Assembly (NCBI GenBank): GCA_000002445.1 | Contig: CH464491.1 | Location: forward strand, 2,624,001-2,688,000 | Origin: Trypanosoma brucei | Taxonomy: Eukaryota | Length of the DNA stretch: 64,000 nt | Direction of reading: 5' to 3' | In this document: one piece after another, positions 21,611-32,529 of the stretch | Layout: each line of letters starts with the position of its first letter | Numbering within the stretch: the stretch's first letter is position 1 | Notes under the pieces: model-generated | What the model saw: the letters and a program-made list of their open reading frames with translations, nothing else | What the model was told of the DNA's origin: nothing | Database searches by the model: none | Position numbers and translations under genes: made by a program

Positions 21611-22236
21611 CAACACCTACGCACTTGACTTGGGAGCGGGCGGGCGTTGCCAAGTGAACGTGCCGTTGAGTCGTACTGTGCTTTGGTTGTTTTGGAGGTA
21701 GCAGACACTGGTGAGATTCCCCTTTTATCATTACTACTATTATTATTATCATTATAATAATACATATATTATTGGTATTGACCTTTCTGACTCTTTGTTA
21801 AATACTGGTTCATTCGGGTTGATGTTCACTTGTTGGTTATTGATTGTGTTTAGTGGCGTTTGAATGCTTTGACCCCCACGGAGGGGTAGTTGTAGTGTTG
21901 TTGTGCGTCTCATGCACGAAGCAAGTTTCTCCATTAACAGAATTTGAAGAGTTTAAATGGTGTAAGTGGACACTGCAAGCACCGAATTGTTCTCTGCGAG
22001 TAGTGCTATTGTTACTATATTATTCCTGTTGATTCTCTGTCCCCCCTTTTCCTCGTTGGGACGTCGCATGCCTCCGTTCACTTTTTTTAAGTTCGATTTT
22101 CTCTTCCTTTCGCTTTTCCCCCTTTCTGTTTCTTCTTGTGCCTCATAATATTTCCAACTGTGGGCGAGGTGTTTTACTTCCTTTGAAGGTCTTACAGGAG
22201 GTGTAGAAGAGAAGGGGAGGGAGCCTTCGGTGCAGA

Positions 22237-22554
22237 TTGGAAGCGATGGCATTTCGCCGCTTGGTCAAACGGCACAAGATCACAAACAACCAAATGCTTT
22301 TAATGCGTCGCCGTGAGCCGTATAAACCAACCATGAAGGACCGTCAAGAAATTGCTGACCGCGCGAAGTTGGAGGAGTTTGAGCGTAAGAACGCGGACGG
22401 ACTGATGTTCGTCCCCGAAAAGGCCCTGCCACCGTGGCAGAAGTCACTCGCGCATAACGCGAAGGCTCTCGGCTCTCGCATTAACTTCAGAGGTTTCCGC
22501 GTCCGCGTGGCTGATGGGCAGGATGAGCCGGGATTCCCTACACCATTTCGTTAG
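22237..22554 (+). CDS. hypothetical small basic protein (105 aa)
   Basis: + ORF with normal composition in an otherwise empty 1.5 kb interval; no family recognised. Confidence 0.4.
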   Translation: MEAMAFRRLVKRHKITNNQMLLMRRREPYKPTMKDRQEIADRAKLEEFERKNADGLMFVPEKALPPWQKSLAHNAKALGSRINFRGFRVRVADGQDEPGFPTPFR

Positions 22555-23099
22555 CAGGACTTCTCGTCCCCTCCCTAACATTTATCTCTACTCGGGACTG
22601 GCGCGTCGTTGCATTCGCTTACGCCATTTTGTTTTTGTAGCTCATTATTTGGCAAGTATCCGGTAATGAAGGGAGGGGGGTATGTTTCGTGTGTATTGTT
22701 GGTCGCAGTAAACTTATTCCGTTACGGGTTCTTCTGCACCGTGGTGGAGTCAGTGATGATAGGGTTGTCGTTGCAAGGCGGTGTCTGTTGGCCTGCTTTT
22801 TCCCTACACAAATGTGGCAACGGTTTAGTCCATACGAGGGACTTTTCGTTGGTTATCGTAAGGGCATATTTGAGCAGGCGAAGAAAGGTAGAAGGAGACT
22901 CTGGACTTGTATTCTCGCGTATCATACAGCATTAGCGTTCACTTTTTTTTTTACTATTTAGTCGTGGCATCAAAGAATCGTTTAAGTGTTTTACCGCTAC
23001 CACTTCTTACCGACACCGTGTATCAACAAACGTGGAGGAGTGGTGGGAGTAATCTAAACAAAGCAAGAAGAATTCAAGATTAAGCGTTTTGGCGGAAAC

Positions 23100-23843
23100 A
23101 TGTCAGCCTTTTTAACACCCAAGATTCATCTTGTTGGTGATGTTTCGTCGACGATGGATGTTGTGCGAGAGATGCTGGCTGCCTCTCCATCGGACACCGA
23201 ACCTTTTGCAGTGTTAGCTGAGTCCCAATCCTCAGGCCGTGGCACTACAGGCAGGCAATGGTCGTCGCCACGGGGAAACATGTATTTTTCGTTGTGTCTT
23301 CCCACTACATTGGTTGCAGCAGAATTCCTCCCTGTTTTGCCGCTTGCCACGGGCCTTGCTTGCCGCGCTGCTATTATGGAGTTGGTCGAAGGCGCTGTTG
23401 TACACGTAAAATGGCCAAATGACATCATTTACGATGGAAAGAAAATCGGTGGGAGCATTGCGGAGTGCGAGGGAGAACACTTAATTGTTGGGATTGGGAT
23501 AAACATCGAAGTGGCTCCGCCTGTACCTGATGGAGGCCGGCCGTCATATGCTGTTAATTCGATTGCCTCGGTACTCGGAAAGGGGGCTGTGACACCGCAG
23601 TTGTTGGCGGAAGCCGTATGGCGTAACTTTTTCTCTGCTGTTGCAGATCAGGGATTCAAACGGCCTGAACTAATTAAGCAATTTGAGGCGGCAATGGACA
23701 AGAGCCTCGTGCTTCACAAGCGAACACCCACGGGACGTGACCCCATGCCTTTGCACGCCTTGAAGTTGAATGAGTGGGGCCACCTCGTCGTGGGGCGACC
23801 GGACGGCTCCGAAGAGGTGCTTGTGGCGGAGTACCTTTTTTAA
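23100..23843 (+). CDS. biotin--protein ligase (BirA-type, BPL/LplA/LipB superfamily)
   Basis: GRGTTGRQWSSPRGNMYFSL matches the BirA biotin-binding/adenylation motif (GRGRxGRxWxSPxGxxLYxS); KWPNDI(IY) motif follows. Confidence 0.8.
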   Translation: MSAFLTPKIHLVGDVSSTMDVVREMLAASPSDTEPFAVLAESQSSGRGTTGRQWSSPRGNMYFSLCLPTTLVAAEFLPVLPLATGLACRAAIMELVEGAVVHVKWPNDIIYDGKKIGGSIAECEGEHLIVGIGINIEVAPPVPDGGRPSYAVNSIASVLGKGAVTPQLLAEAVWRNFFSAVADQGFKRPELIKQFEAAMDKSLVLHKRTPTGRDPMPLHALKLNEWGHLVVGRPDGSEEVLVAEYLF

Positions 23844-23940
23844 ACCATCACAGGAGATATTTCAAAGCTTCAAATGCGGTGCTATCGAGTGTGTGCCGAT
23901 GTCCATCGGTGCGTAAGGGTTTAAATGAGGTATCAGTTAC

Positions 23941-23960
23941 ATATATATATATATATATAT
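23941..23960. repeat. (AT)10 microsatellite
   Basis: Read directly in the intergenic region after the biotin ligase gene. Confidence 0.9.
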
Positions 23961-24566
23961 GTTGCAGGATATTATGAGTGAAAAGTCCGCGTGTATTTGC
24001 GGTGAAGGGACACTGACGTGAAGGGGGGGGGGCACGTTTTCACTTCGTTCTGTCATGTGCAGCTATCGTTATCGTTATTATCATTTTTTATACTTCAAAT
24101 TGTACTTCAGCAATCCATCTTGCTGTTATTGGCTACGCACTTGTTTTCTTCTAAAATGCATCTCTTAAGGGGTAGACAGCGATGCCGACAGCAGCCAATA
24201 CGTACCATTGATGTGTGCTTGTCTGCTTGTGTGCAAACGCTTCATATTGGTGGTATCAAATAAGCCGCATTTTTTCTTAGCTTGTGCGTAAATAAACACC
24301 TTCGGTATGTGACACGGTATGTACCACTCAACATCTTGGTGAATGTTGTCACTTCTGCAGGAGCCGTGTATTCAAGAGTTAAATCTTACATCGTAAGTAG
24401 CTGGCTGTTTAAATTTGTATTTGCGTACGCTGTTTTTGCGCTCCAACAATAAAATCAACTTTTTTCATACCGTTGCCTTGGGGGGGGGGGGACGAAGTGA
24501 GAGCAAAAAAAGAAATTGTGTTACCGAAGTCACACATTGAGAGAACCTAGTGGCAACCAGTAAGTA

Positions 24567-25244
24567 TTGCGCGCATCGATGGTCCTCACAGGGGTCAAAC
24601 TTGCTGAAGATATAAACTATTGGATCAGGTACATCGACTGCGCACTCAGCCATCCACTACCGCTTCCAAAGAACAAGCACGTATTCCATAGTGACCAGAG
24701 GCTGGCACCAGAGATTCGCGACTTGTACGACTGCTTATACAAACTTTATGCAGAGGAGAGCGCCTCGGAATATTTCAGGGAACCTGTCGATGCACTGAGG
24801 GTGGGGGCGTGGAACTATTACAGTGTCATCACGGAACCAATGTCGCTGCGCACGGTGCTTGACTACATTGTCCAGGGCGGGCGCTACTCTCAAGTCGAAC
24901 AAATAATGAATGACGTCGAACTGATTTGGAAAAACTGTGAGAGGTATAACGGGGCCGAATCGCATCTTGCCGCCGACGCACGCAGGTGTAGGGCGATACT
25001 TGAGAAGCACCGGGAACGGCTTGCTGACGAGCAAACTGCACCCGCTGCAGAGGTGGATGAGCTGATTGAAGCGTTGGAATCGATGGATGACTCTGTCCTT
25101 AAGGCAGTGGAGGCGTACTTCCTCCGCGAAGACCCAACACTCATCCTTAGCAGCGGAGATGTGGATATTCCATCACTGCGAGTGAAGCACCTGAGAGCAA
25201 TGAAGGAGATTGTTCAGCGGGCGGCAAACGGGCAGTTGGAGTGA
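24567..25244 (+). CDS. bromodomain-containing factor (single bromodomain, ~225 aa)
   Basis: YFREPVD..YYSVITEPMSLRTVLDYI..MNDVELIWKNCERYNG contains the ZA-loop, conserved Tyr and Asn (N..Y) acetyl-lysine pocket pattern. Size and neighbourhood match a BDF3-like factor (recollection, unverified). Confidence 0.8.
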   Translation: MRASMVLTGVKLAEDINYWIRYIDCALSHPLPLPKNKHVFHSDQRLAPEIRDLYDCLYKLYAEESASEYFREPVDALRVGAWNYYSVITEPMSLRTVLDYIVQGGRYSQVEQIMNDVELIWKNCERYNGAESHLAADARRCRAILEKHRERLADEQTAPAAEVDELIEALESMDDSVLKAVEAYFLREDPTLILSSGDVDIPSLRVKHLRAMKEIVQRAANGQLE

Positions 25245-25941
25245 CTTGTGGACAGCGGCATGGTTGGTGGCACGGTCATATTTTTTTGTTTTCTTTCCCC
25301 CCTTTTGTGTTGCATTTCACTCGCTCTCTCCGCCTCCTTTCCATTTGTGGCGTTGAGCCCACCAGGTTGCCGTCGTTGTTTTCCCCTGGGTTTCAATGGA
25401 ATGTTGCAGCTGCTTACTCGAGCCGTGGAATGTGAGGAAAGGAGACAATGAGCGGCACAGGAGGACATTTTTGGCAGCCGTTGCGCTGCCCTTGTCGGCG
25501 CCTCCCAATTTCGCGGTGTCCCCGGCGTCTCTACGATGAGAGAAGAGGGAACGGGTTAGCTGCAGTGGTGCCTTATGCGTGCGGTGCGTTGTCGGGTGTT
25601 TTGTAGGATCCTTCTGTTGGGTAATGGAGCCTCAAAGGTGGTGACAAATGATTGTAGAAGTGTGAATATTTGTGTTATGCGGAGGCTAAAACGAGAGAAT
25701 GGATGGAAGTGTGCTATTTTTACTACTAACCAACCACTTGTATAAAGTCACATTCCTTGCTCCCCTCCATTCATCACTTTGCGGTTTGTATTTGCCGCTA
25801 TTTCATTGTTTTTTTTTTTTGTAACCCCCCCTTTCTGACTTATCTGCATTTCCCTCCTTCCAGTTCTCACATAGCCTATCGTAAGATCTATTGATCGTAG
25901 GTTCACAATAGGCTGTCACGGTTCGCTTGGAGTAGCAAGAG

Positions 25942-26238
25942 TTGCCAAGGTGTGGGGCAGAGTTAGGCCCCTGCCAAAACTTTATTAGAGATTGCATCAT
26001 GACTGACGTTAACAGATATCTTCAAAGTGATGTTGCGACGGCTCTGAACCGGCTCGCGTCCGCCATGGCTCGTGATCTCGACGCGGACAAGCAGCAGGCT
26101 GCTGCGGCATTTGCTGTTGGGCGAAATACTTCTCCTGAGGCCTTCATGCGCGTTGGAGAGGAAGTGCCGCTGCCGCCGCGCGTAGCGGAGCTTCGCAGGA
26201 GTCAAGGGCGGCTGTCGTGTGGTTTGCCCTTTCAGTAA
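25942..26238 (+). CDS. hypothetical small protein; probable start at Met 25999 (MTDVNRYLQ.., ~80 aa)
   Basis: + ORF preceded by a long pyrimidine tract (25806-25866) and AG. A longer minus ORF (25963-26313) overlaps, so uncertain. Confidence 0.3.
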   Translation: MPRCGAELGPCQNFIRDCIMTDVNRYLQSDVATALNRLASAMARDLDADKQQAAAAFAVGRNTSPEAFMRVGEEVPLPPRVAELRRSQGRLSCGLPFQ

Positions 26239-26732
26239 AGTCGGCTTTTGCAGACGCAGAGGGTGTTGAGTAAGCTGTCGTCGCTGCTGAACTTTGTATG
26301 AAAAACACGGCATGGTGAAGTTTTTTTTCCCCTTCAGTCCTACTGTTATTGTTGGTTCACCCAGTTATTTTCTTCTTTTGTGCAGGGTGTGTGAAAGAGG
26401 GACCACTTACCGCCCTTGTGATGTGGAATTTGTACAACCGCAGCCAAACCCGCTGGTCAGAGGCATTTTTAGTACCACATTTGGGGAACGAAGCTCTTCA
26501 TTTATCCTTCCACGTTGCTATTCTTGAAGTCAACGGTGATTACCGAGGGGGGCTTGTCTCCACTTCGATTTACTTACTGGAAGCACTCACTCACTATTTC
26601 TTTTTTACCGTTTCTCATTACTTTTTTTTTTTTAAATGATTAACGCCCAATTATTGCAACAGTGCCACTAGCAAAGGGGGCGAAGGAGACCGAAGAGGAA
26701 GGGGTTAATAATTTGTGTAACTATTACCTGTA

Positions 26733-27302
26733 ATGTTGCGTCTCTGCCGTGTGTCACTGCGTGTCCAGTCACACCAGAAGAAGCGCGCACAGCACCCCAA
26801 CGCCGGCACACGGTTTGGACGTGTGTACAATCGCGGTTTCATTCGGTACGGCTTCGGTGGTTTCGGCATGAGCGTCTACACGCCCAAAAAGGACCGCCGA
26901 TTTCGCGTTCAGCCACTTCCTTCTTTACATGCAAATTCATTGGCTGATGATACTCCTCTAGTGACAACGACGCGAACGTTGTCTCCAAACTTCCGTGCCT
27001 TTGCATTGCAGGATGGCGGGGTTTTCTTTACCCACCCGTCACATGAGCAAGTGATGCGCGTGGGGCAAAACATACTGGCGGAAGAGACGAAGGCCACCGG
27101 TATGACGTCCATGGACACTTACGTAAACTCACGTATTCAATCCATCATAGCGGAAAACACTGTCGAGAATGTTGCTCTGAGTCACTGGCGGAGGCGGCAC
27201 ATGTGGAATCTAGTAAGGACGCACGGCAAGTTACAGCGGCACTGGGGTGTGTCGGATGCGACTAAAGGGGCGCGGTCGAATATATACGGAAGGCCCTCAT
27301 AG
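26733..27302 (+). CDS. hypothetical protein (189 aa), basic N-terminus
   Basis: + ORF; Arg-rich N-terminus (possible organellar presequence); no recognisable domain. Confidence 0.4.
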   Translation: MLRLCRVSLRVQSHQKKRAQHPNAGTRFGRVYNRGFIRYGFGGFGMSVYTPKKDRRFRVQPLPSLHANSLADDTPLVTTTRTLSPNFRAFALQDGGVFFTHPSHEQVMRVGQNILAEETKATGMTSMDTYVNSRIQSIIAENTVENVALSHWRRRHMWNLVRTHGKLQRHWGVSDATKGARSNIYGRPS

Positions 27303-27868
27303 AAGGCTCCGTGGGTTTGTGTTATGTGTTTCTGTGCTTTCTTATCGTCGAGACAACTGTGCGCTTGTATGTTTAGGTATATGTTTTCCGTGGCGTCTGC
27401 TAGTACACTTACACGCGTTCGTACGTTGTTTTTAACGAGAGATGCGTTTATGGATGGGGTTGATGTTTAATTCCCTGGTTGAATTGACGGAAGGAAAAGA
27501 CGTTGACTCAGACGGCAATGCTTTTTACGTGCTCTTTTTTCTTAAAATTTTCCCGCATCGACACTCAACTCCCGGTACCCCCTTCACTTTTTTTTTTGTA
27601 CCACAGAAACGGACTCTTTTTCCTTTCTTTTGTCCTTATCTCGTCTATTTTGCGGTTCGCGAAGGTGCGAAGAGGTGTTTCTCTCGTATACATTTCTTTA
27701 GGGAACGACATCACATTAGATAAGAGGTTAATTATCTAGAAAAAACGGCTGGAATTACGCCACGGAGGGAAGGAATTTAAATACAATATATCAAAGGGAA
27801 AGAGAGGGAAGATACGATACGACACGTGTGGGAAAACCGAAAATTTCGGTTGTAGAAATTTAAATATC

Positions 27869-29116
27869 ATGTCATCACCCATGTGTTCAGTCCATTCTAA
27901 CCCTCTTGGAGGATCCCGCTCACGCCTCCACATTGCGCCGCAGATCATACCAGCAGGAAGACAGGGCAGTAGAGATGGTACCACGGTGAGGGAACTCACT
28001 TCCAATCATTACTCTTCGGGACGCGTAACGCCAGAGTTGCAGCGCACTTACCATCGCTTCGGGGAGGTCGGGTGCACACGCCGTCACTACGGCCGAGCCC
28101 GGGACCCACCTATCGACGAAACGTTTCGCCACGGTATAAGAACGGAGGCCGGTGAAGGGGCGCGGGGATGCCTGCAACCCGAGACGGGTGGTCGAATGAT
28201 GGCGTTGATGGAGCAACAGTTGGAACGTGCGTATTTGTCAAACGTTCGCCGACCACTCGGCAAGGTCCCTGCTGCAATGTATGATGTCCAAGTGCCTCAC
28301 AGCGGGTTTGGTATTCCATCGGAGAAATCTGAGAGTGTCAAGACGCTGTTGTACGCGGGGAGGGATTCCGGCACTGTCCACCCGGTGGGGGAGTGCAAAA
28401 ATCGAGGTTACGATTGGGAACGTGCGGGCATTAACCCCATGCATCACCGTTTTGGCTGGTGTGAACAGCGCGGCGAGGCGACAGCTGGGGAAGTGATGTG
28501 CGAGACGAAGCTGGTGACTAGGTTGCTGCCGAAGGTGGTGACGGATGTGCGGAAATTGACAAAGCAAGAGGTGGGGAAGGGGCTGCCGCCTCCGTGGGAC
28601 ACCAAGTACTTTGATGACACACTTGAGAGTCGCACGATACGTCGTAATGGCAGGGGTGAGGGTGATGCGGTGCGCCAGTTGCTTAGCTCCTGGATGCACC
28701 ATCCCTTCCCACCGAAACGGCAATTGGTGGCGGAGGAAGAGGATGCATCGCTTAAGGGGACTGGATCGCTGGAGGGCAGCAGAAAGGAGGGTCTAGAAAA
28801 GGATGCCTTGCGCTCGCGGTTCCTGTGCACATACAGGAGAGGGGGCCGCTACAACTCGGCAGACCACACAAGGCTCGACGATGATGTACGCGCACCTCAT
28901 GTTTTGTATCCCTGCCATTACGTCCAGATGGGTGTGAACTCTTCTCGCTTTGCCGGTGGCTGCACACTGGAAAATGTACGGGATCTATGTAAAAGTGTTG
29001 GTATGGATCTCGCCGAGAATCAGATGCAGGAAGTGTTCAACCATGTTGCCGTCGACGGTGTTTGCGGTATTGAGCAATTCAAGAACAAAGCCGTAGAAAT
29101 GGGGTACCTATCTTAG
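27869..29116 (+). CDS. hypothetical protein (415 aa)
   Basis: 1.25 kb + ORF with normal composition; overlapping minus ORFs are short or low complexity. Confidence 0.55.
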   Translation: MSSPMCSVHSNPLGGSRSRLHIAPQIIPAGRQGSRDGTTVRELTSNHYSSGRVTPELQRTYHRFGEVGCTRRHYGRARDPPIDETFRHGIRTEAGEGARGCLQPETGGRMMALMEQQLERAYLSNVRRPLGKVPAAMYDVQVPHSGFGIPSEKSESVKTLLYAGRDSGTVHPVGECKNRGYDWERAGINPMHHRFGWCEQRGEATAGEVMCETKLVTRLLPKVVTDVRKLTKQEVGKGLPPPWDTKYFDDTLESRTIRRNGRGEGDAVRQLLSSWMHHPFPPKRQLVAEEEDASLKGTGSLEGSRKEGLEKDALRSRFLCTYRRGGRYNSADHTRLDDDVRAPHVLYPCHYVQMGVNSSRFAGGCTLENVRDLCKSVGMDLAENQMQEVFNHVAVDGVCGIEQFKNKAVEMGYLS

Positions 29117-29881
29117 TTGCACACAACGGAGGCGTTTGGACTCCATCGCGTTGGATGGGTGACCATTTAGAAAACCCGATCTACAGGAAGGGGTGATGTG
29201 TGAGCGATGGATGAATGTATATATGCACTTTCTTTTCCCCCTTTCAGAAAGCGTCGGTGTCTGTGTGCTGCGGCGGAGGGGATGGAGGATGTAAGATTTT
29301 AAAAGAAAGTTAGACCGGCAGAGTGGCTTGCTGACATTGGCTTCACCCGCTTCAACCATTTATGGGGAGGAAAGCAAGGTGGATGAGACGGGAGTGGGTG
29401 TGGGTACACGCCCTCGTTTATAACGAAGTTCAGGGGTGCGGCGCAAAGTCTATGAGGCCCCACGTTTATATCATCAAAAATGCTAAATTTTTAAACTCAC
29501 ATTTCCCCTTTTCTGTGTGTACAAGTGTGGATCCTTTTTTTTTCTTATCTCACTTCTGAATCATTTACGTCGCCTGTAATTTTCCTCGTTTTCTTCAGGT
29601 TCATTCGACGGTTGGTGTATGGTACTTGAGCTTTTGCATCCTCCTTTCTCCTTGTTGTTTGTTTCCTACTGCCGCACCTCTTCACCACACTCTTGTAAAC
29701 TTGATAAAGCAATATCGTACTCGCGAATAGTAGCACACTTTTTTACCTTCTGTAGGAAGCAAATTGATTTGTTTACAAGTGTAGGGATCCGCGTGAAGAA
29801 AGCAGCGACAACAACGCCAGTAAGCGAACGTTAAAGCGAACGAAGCAGTAAGGGTAAAAAGGTTATTAAAAGAGGATCGTC

Positions 29882-30364
29882 ATGCTTCGACGCACTTCAC
29901 TGAGGGCGATAAAGCCGTATTTACACGCCTTTTCCCCCGGGGCCCGTGCCTCCGAGAAGGGGATGTTGTACCGCAACAGTAACATGAATGCCCACGCGCG
30001 CGTCGCTTCCATTCAACAAGCGCAGCGGACGCATCGCGAAGGTAAAATTTTCCTTATGTTGTTAGTTCCAGATCAAGTTTTTCTATCGGTAGTGCTTGTT
30101 GGCGTTTCCCTTGTTGCTGTCCTCCTTTACTTTCGTCAGCAGCCATTCAGCTTCAACACCCACAAACAGCGGTGGATCTTAGGTGCCATAAATGAGCACG
30201 AGTTTTATCAGCGCAATCGGGAGATGAGCAACGTTTTGGCGGCTCACAGGGAGGCAATTGAGGGGACCAGGGACGTCATTGGCGATTGTCCCAAAGTATT
30301 CGAACCGCCAGTGGGGTCGCATTACATTAGTCGTTCCGGTGACTTTGCACCGCGGAGTGATTAA
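29882..30364 (+). CDS. hypothetical small membrane protein (160 aa) with presequence-like N-terminus and one TM helix
   Basis: MLRRTSLRAIKPY.. (Arg/Ser-rich, no acidic residues) then hydrophobic helix VFLSVVLVGVSLVAVLLYF. Confidence 0.45.
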   Translation: MLRRTSLRAIKPYLHAFSPGARASEKGMLYRNSNMNAHARVASIQQAQRTHREGKIFLMLLVPDQVFLSVVLVGVSLVAVLLYFRQQPFSFNTHKQRWILGAINEHEFYQRNREMSNVLAAHREAIEGTRDVIGDCPKVFEPPVGSHYISRSGDFAPRSD

Positions 30365-31025
30365 AGGCCGTTGGAAGTACGGTCCCGGGGTTCAGTTACC
30401 GTAGGTTCCACCTTTTCGCCAGTGTTGTTTTATTCCTCTAACTCATAGCTGTGACCCTTCCACTGCTGATCCCATGATCTGAACCGTACGTATGGTGTTC
30501 TGTTGCTTGTGTAAGTAGAGGTAGTGGTAGCTGAAGTTTCTGCGTTTGTGTATTGTCATTGTTTAGAATCGTCACGACTCCCACACATTTGGCGATTTGC
30601 TCCATACTTCGAAGAGGATGAAGAGAGGGGATAGCAGAGGGGGGGGGGGAAAGCGTGGAAGAAGTCCAAAATCGCATCCGTATGTTTGCTGCGTAGTGAG
30701 AAGATCCGCCATTTAACCTGAGGTTCGCACAAGGGTGCATTCGTGTATTAATGGTTGAGCTCAAATTGTGCACGACACTCCTCATCAGAGTCGTAGTTTC
30801 AGAATCGTCAATGGAAGCCGTTCGTTTGCTTGAACGAGAGGAAACATATCCTTCTTGTGCTGGTGCCATCACGTCATTTGCCGGTAGCTGTTTTTCCTGT
30901 CTTCTTTATCCCTTTCCTGTCTCTCTTTTCGTTGTTATCCTGTTTCCCGCCCTGTTTGCTTCAGTCTTTGGGGACGTGGCGGCAGCTTATCCCCAGTCTC
31001 ATTCATTGATACATATTAGAGAAAG

Positions 31026-32210
31026 ATGGTACAACAACAGCCCGTTGTTGTATTTGATATGGGATCTAACAAGACGCGCGTTGGCTTCGCGGGTGAGGAG
31101 GCCCCGCGTGTCATCTCGAGCACAGTCGTGGGCGTGCCGCGACAACGCGGTCTTGTTGGGTCCCTTATGCAACATTACAGTGACGACTACGCAGGAGATG
31201 CCGCATGCGCGCAGGAGGGTATGCTCAACCTTAGCTACCCCGTACGGAACCGCCGCATCACAAGCATGCCCGAGGTGGAACACTTTTTGCAAGATGTTTT
31301 CTATAGTCGGCTTCCACTTGTACCGAGTAACACGATGATGTTGTGGGTGGAATCTGTGCGCACTTCACGTGAAGACCGAGAGAGGCTCTGTGAAATGATG
31401 TTTGAGAGCTTTGGTCTTCCTCAGTTGGGCCTCGTTGCCGCCTCCGCGACGACAGTCTTCTCCACGGGAAGAACGACAGGTCTTGTGGTTGATAGTGGCG
31501 AGGGATGCACGAACTTCAATGCCGTATGGGAGGGTTACAACTTGCAGTACGCCACGCACACATCTGACGTAGCCGGCCGCGTGCTAACTGATAGACTTCT
31601 GGCGTTCCTGCGCGCGAAGGGATACCCGCTCTCCACTCCGAATGACCGCCGAGTTGTGGAGGACGTCAAGCACACCCTTTGTTACGTTGCAGCCGATGTA
31701 CAGGAGGAGGTGAAGAAGATGCACAAAAAGTTACAGAAAGAGTATTATGGCCTACCAGACGAGCAACGGATTTATGTTGAGGAGAGCCAGTTTATGGTGC
31801 CCGAGCTCCTCTTCAATCCATCAGCAGAGGGTGACATTGGGTGTTGTGGTAGGAATAATGCAGAAGTGAATGTAGATGCTAGCGGGGTTGGTGCTGGAGG
31901 TTGGACAGATGCGATAGCAAAAGTTGTGGAGTCCGCCCCACACTTCACTCGACCTCACCTTCTGAAGAGCATTGTGTTGGGTGGTGGCAACACCATGTTC
32001 CCCGGAATTGAGCAAAGGCTACGCCGTGAAGTGTCAGCGCTACCTGCAAGCGCGGAGTGTGAGGCGAATTGTGTGGCTTTCCGGGACCGTGACTTGGCCG
32101 CGTGGATCGGCGGGTCTGTTGTTGCATCAATGCCAACATTTCCACATATGTGCCTGTCACGCAAGGACTACTTAGAAAAAGGTGCTACCGTCGTTCACGA
32201 GAGGATTTAG
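31026..32210 (+). CDS. actin-related protein (ARP/actin-like)
   Basis: VVVFDMGSNKTRVGFAGEEAPRVISSTVVGVPRQ matches the actin phosphate-1 motif (DNGSGxxKAGFAGDDAPR..IVGRPR); ATPase-fold blocks continue (LVVDSGEGCT, GGG..F). Confidence 0.85.
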   Translation: MVQQQPVVVFDMGSNKTRVGFAGEEAPRVISSTVVGVPRQRGLVGSLMQHYSDDYAGDAACAQEGMLNLSYPVRNRRITSMPEVEHFLQDVFYSRLPLVPSNTMMLWVESVRTSREDRERLCEMMFESFGLPQLGLVAASATTVFSTGRTTGLVVDSGEGCTNFNAVWEGYNLQYATHTSDVAGRVLTDRLLAFLRAKGYPLSTPNDRRVVEDVKHTLCYVAADVQEEVKKMHKKLQKEYYGLPDEQRIYVEESQFMVPELLFNPSAEGDIGCCGRNNAEVNVDASGVGAGGWTDAIAKVVESAPHFTRPHLLKSIVLGGGNTMFPGIEQRLRREVSALPASAECEANCVAFRDRDLAAWIGGSVVASMPTFPHMCLSRKDYLEKGATVVHERI

Positions 32211-32529
32211 AACCGTGTCGGGTTGGACAACAGGGTCATGTACATCAATGGAAAGATGTGTAGGGAGATGTGAGTATGACGGGTTTAGGAATCAAAAAAA
32301 GGGAACTACCCTGGAGGTTGAGCTTGGGTCCACACATTCTCCAACATGTGGAGGGAGTGCAACTAATGACGACATGGAATATGTTGCTGGCAAAAGTAAC
32401 CTGAATGCCCTCTACATTCACTTCTTAAGCATTCTAACCTACTATTTTTTTTTCCATACTTTTACCCTGACTATTCCTAACGACTGCTGTCGTTCCTGTG
32501 CTTGAGCACTTGCTCTGTTTGTCTTTCCC

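Noticed and set aside
30290-30312. GGTTCGAAT motif on the minus strand
   Set aside because: Lies inside the 29882-30364 CDS and lacks a complementary T-stem 3' half; a chance match.
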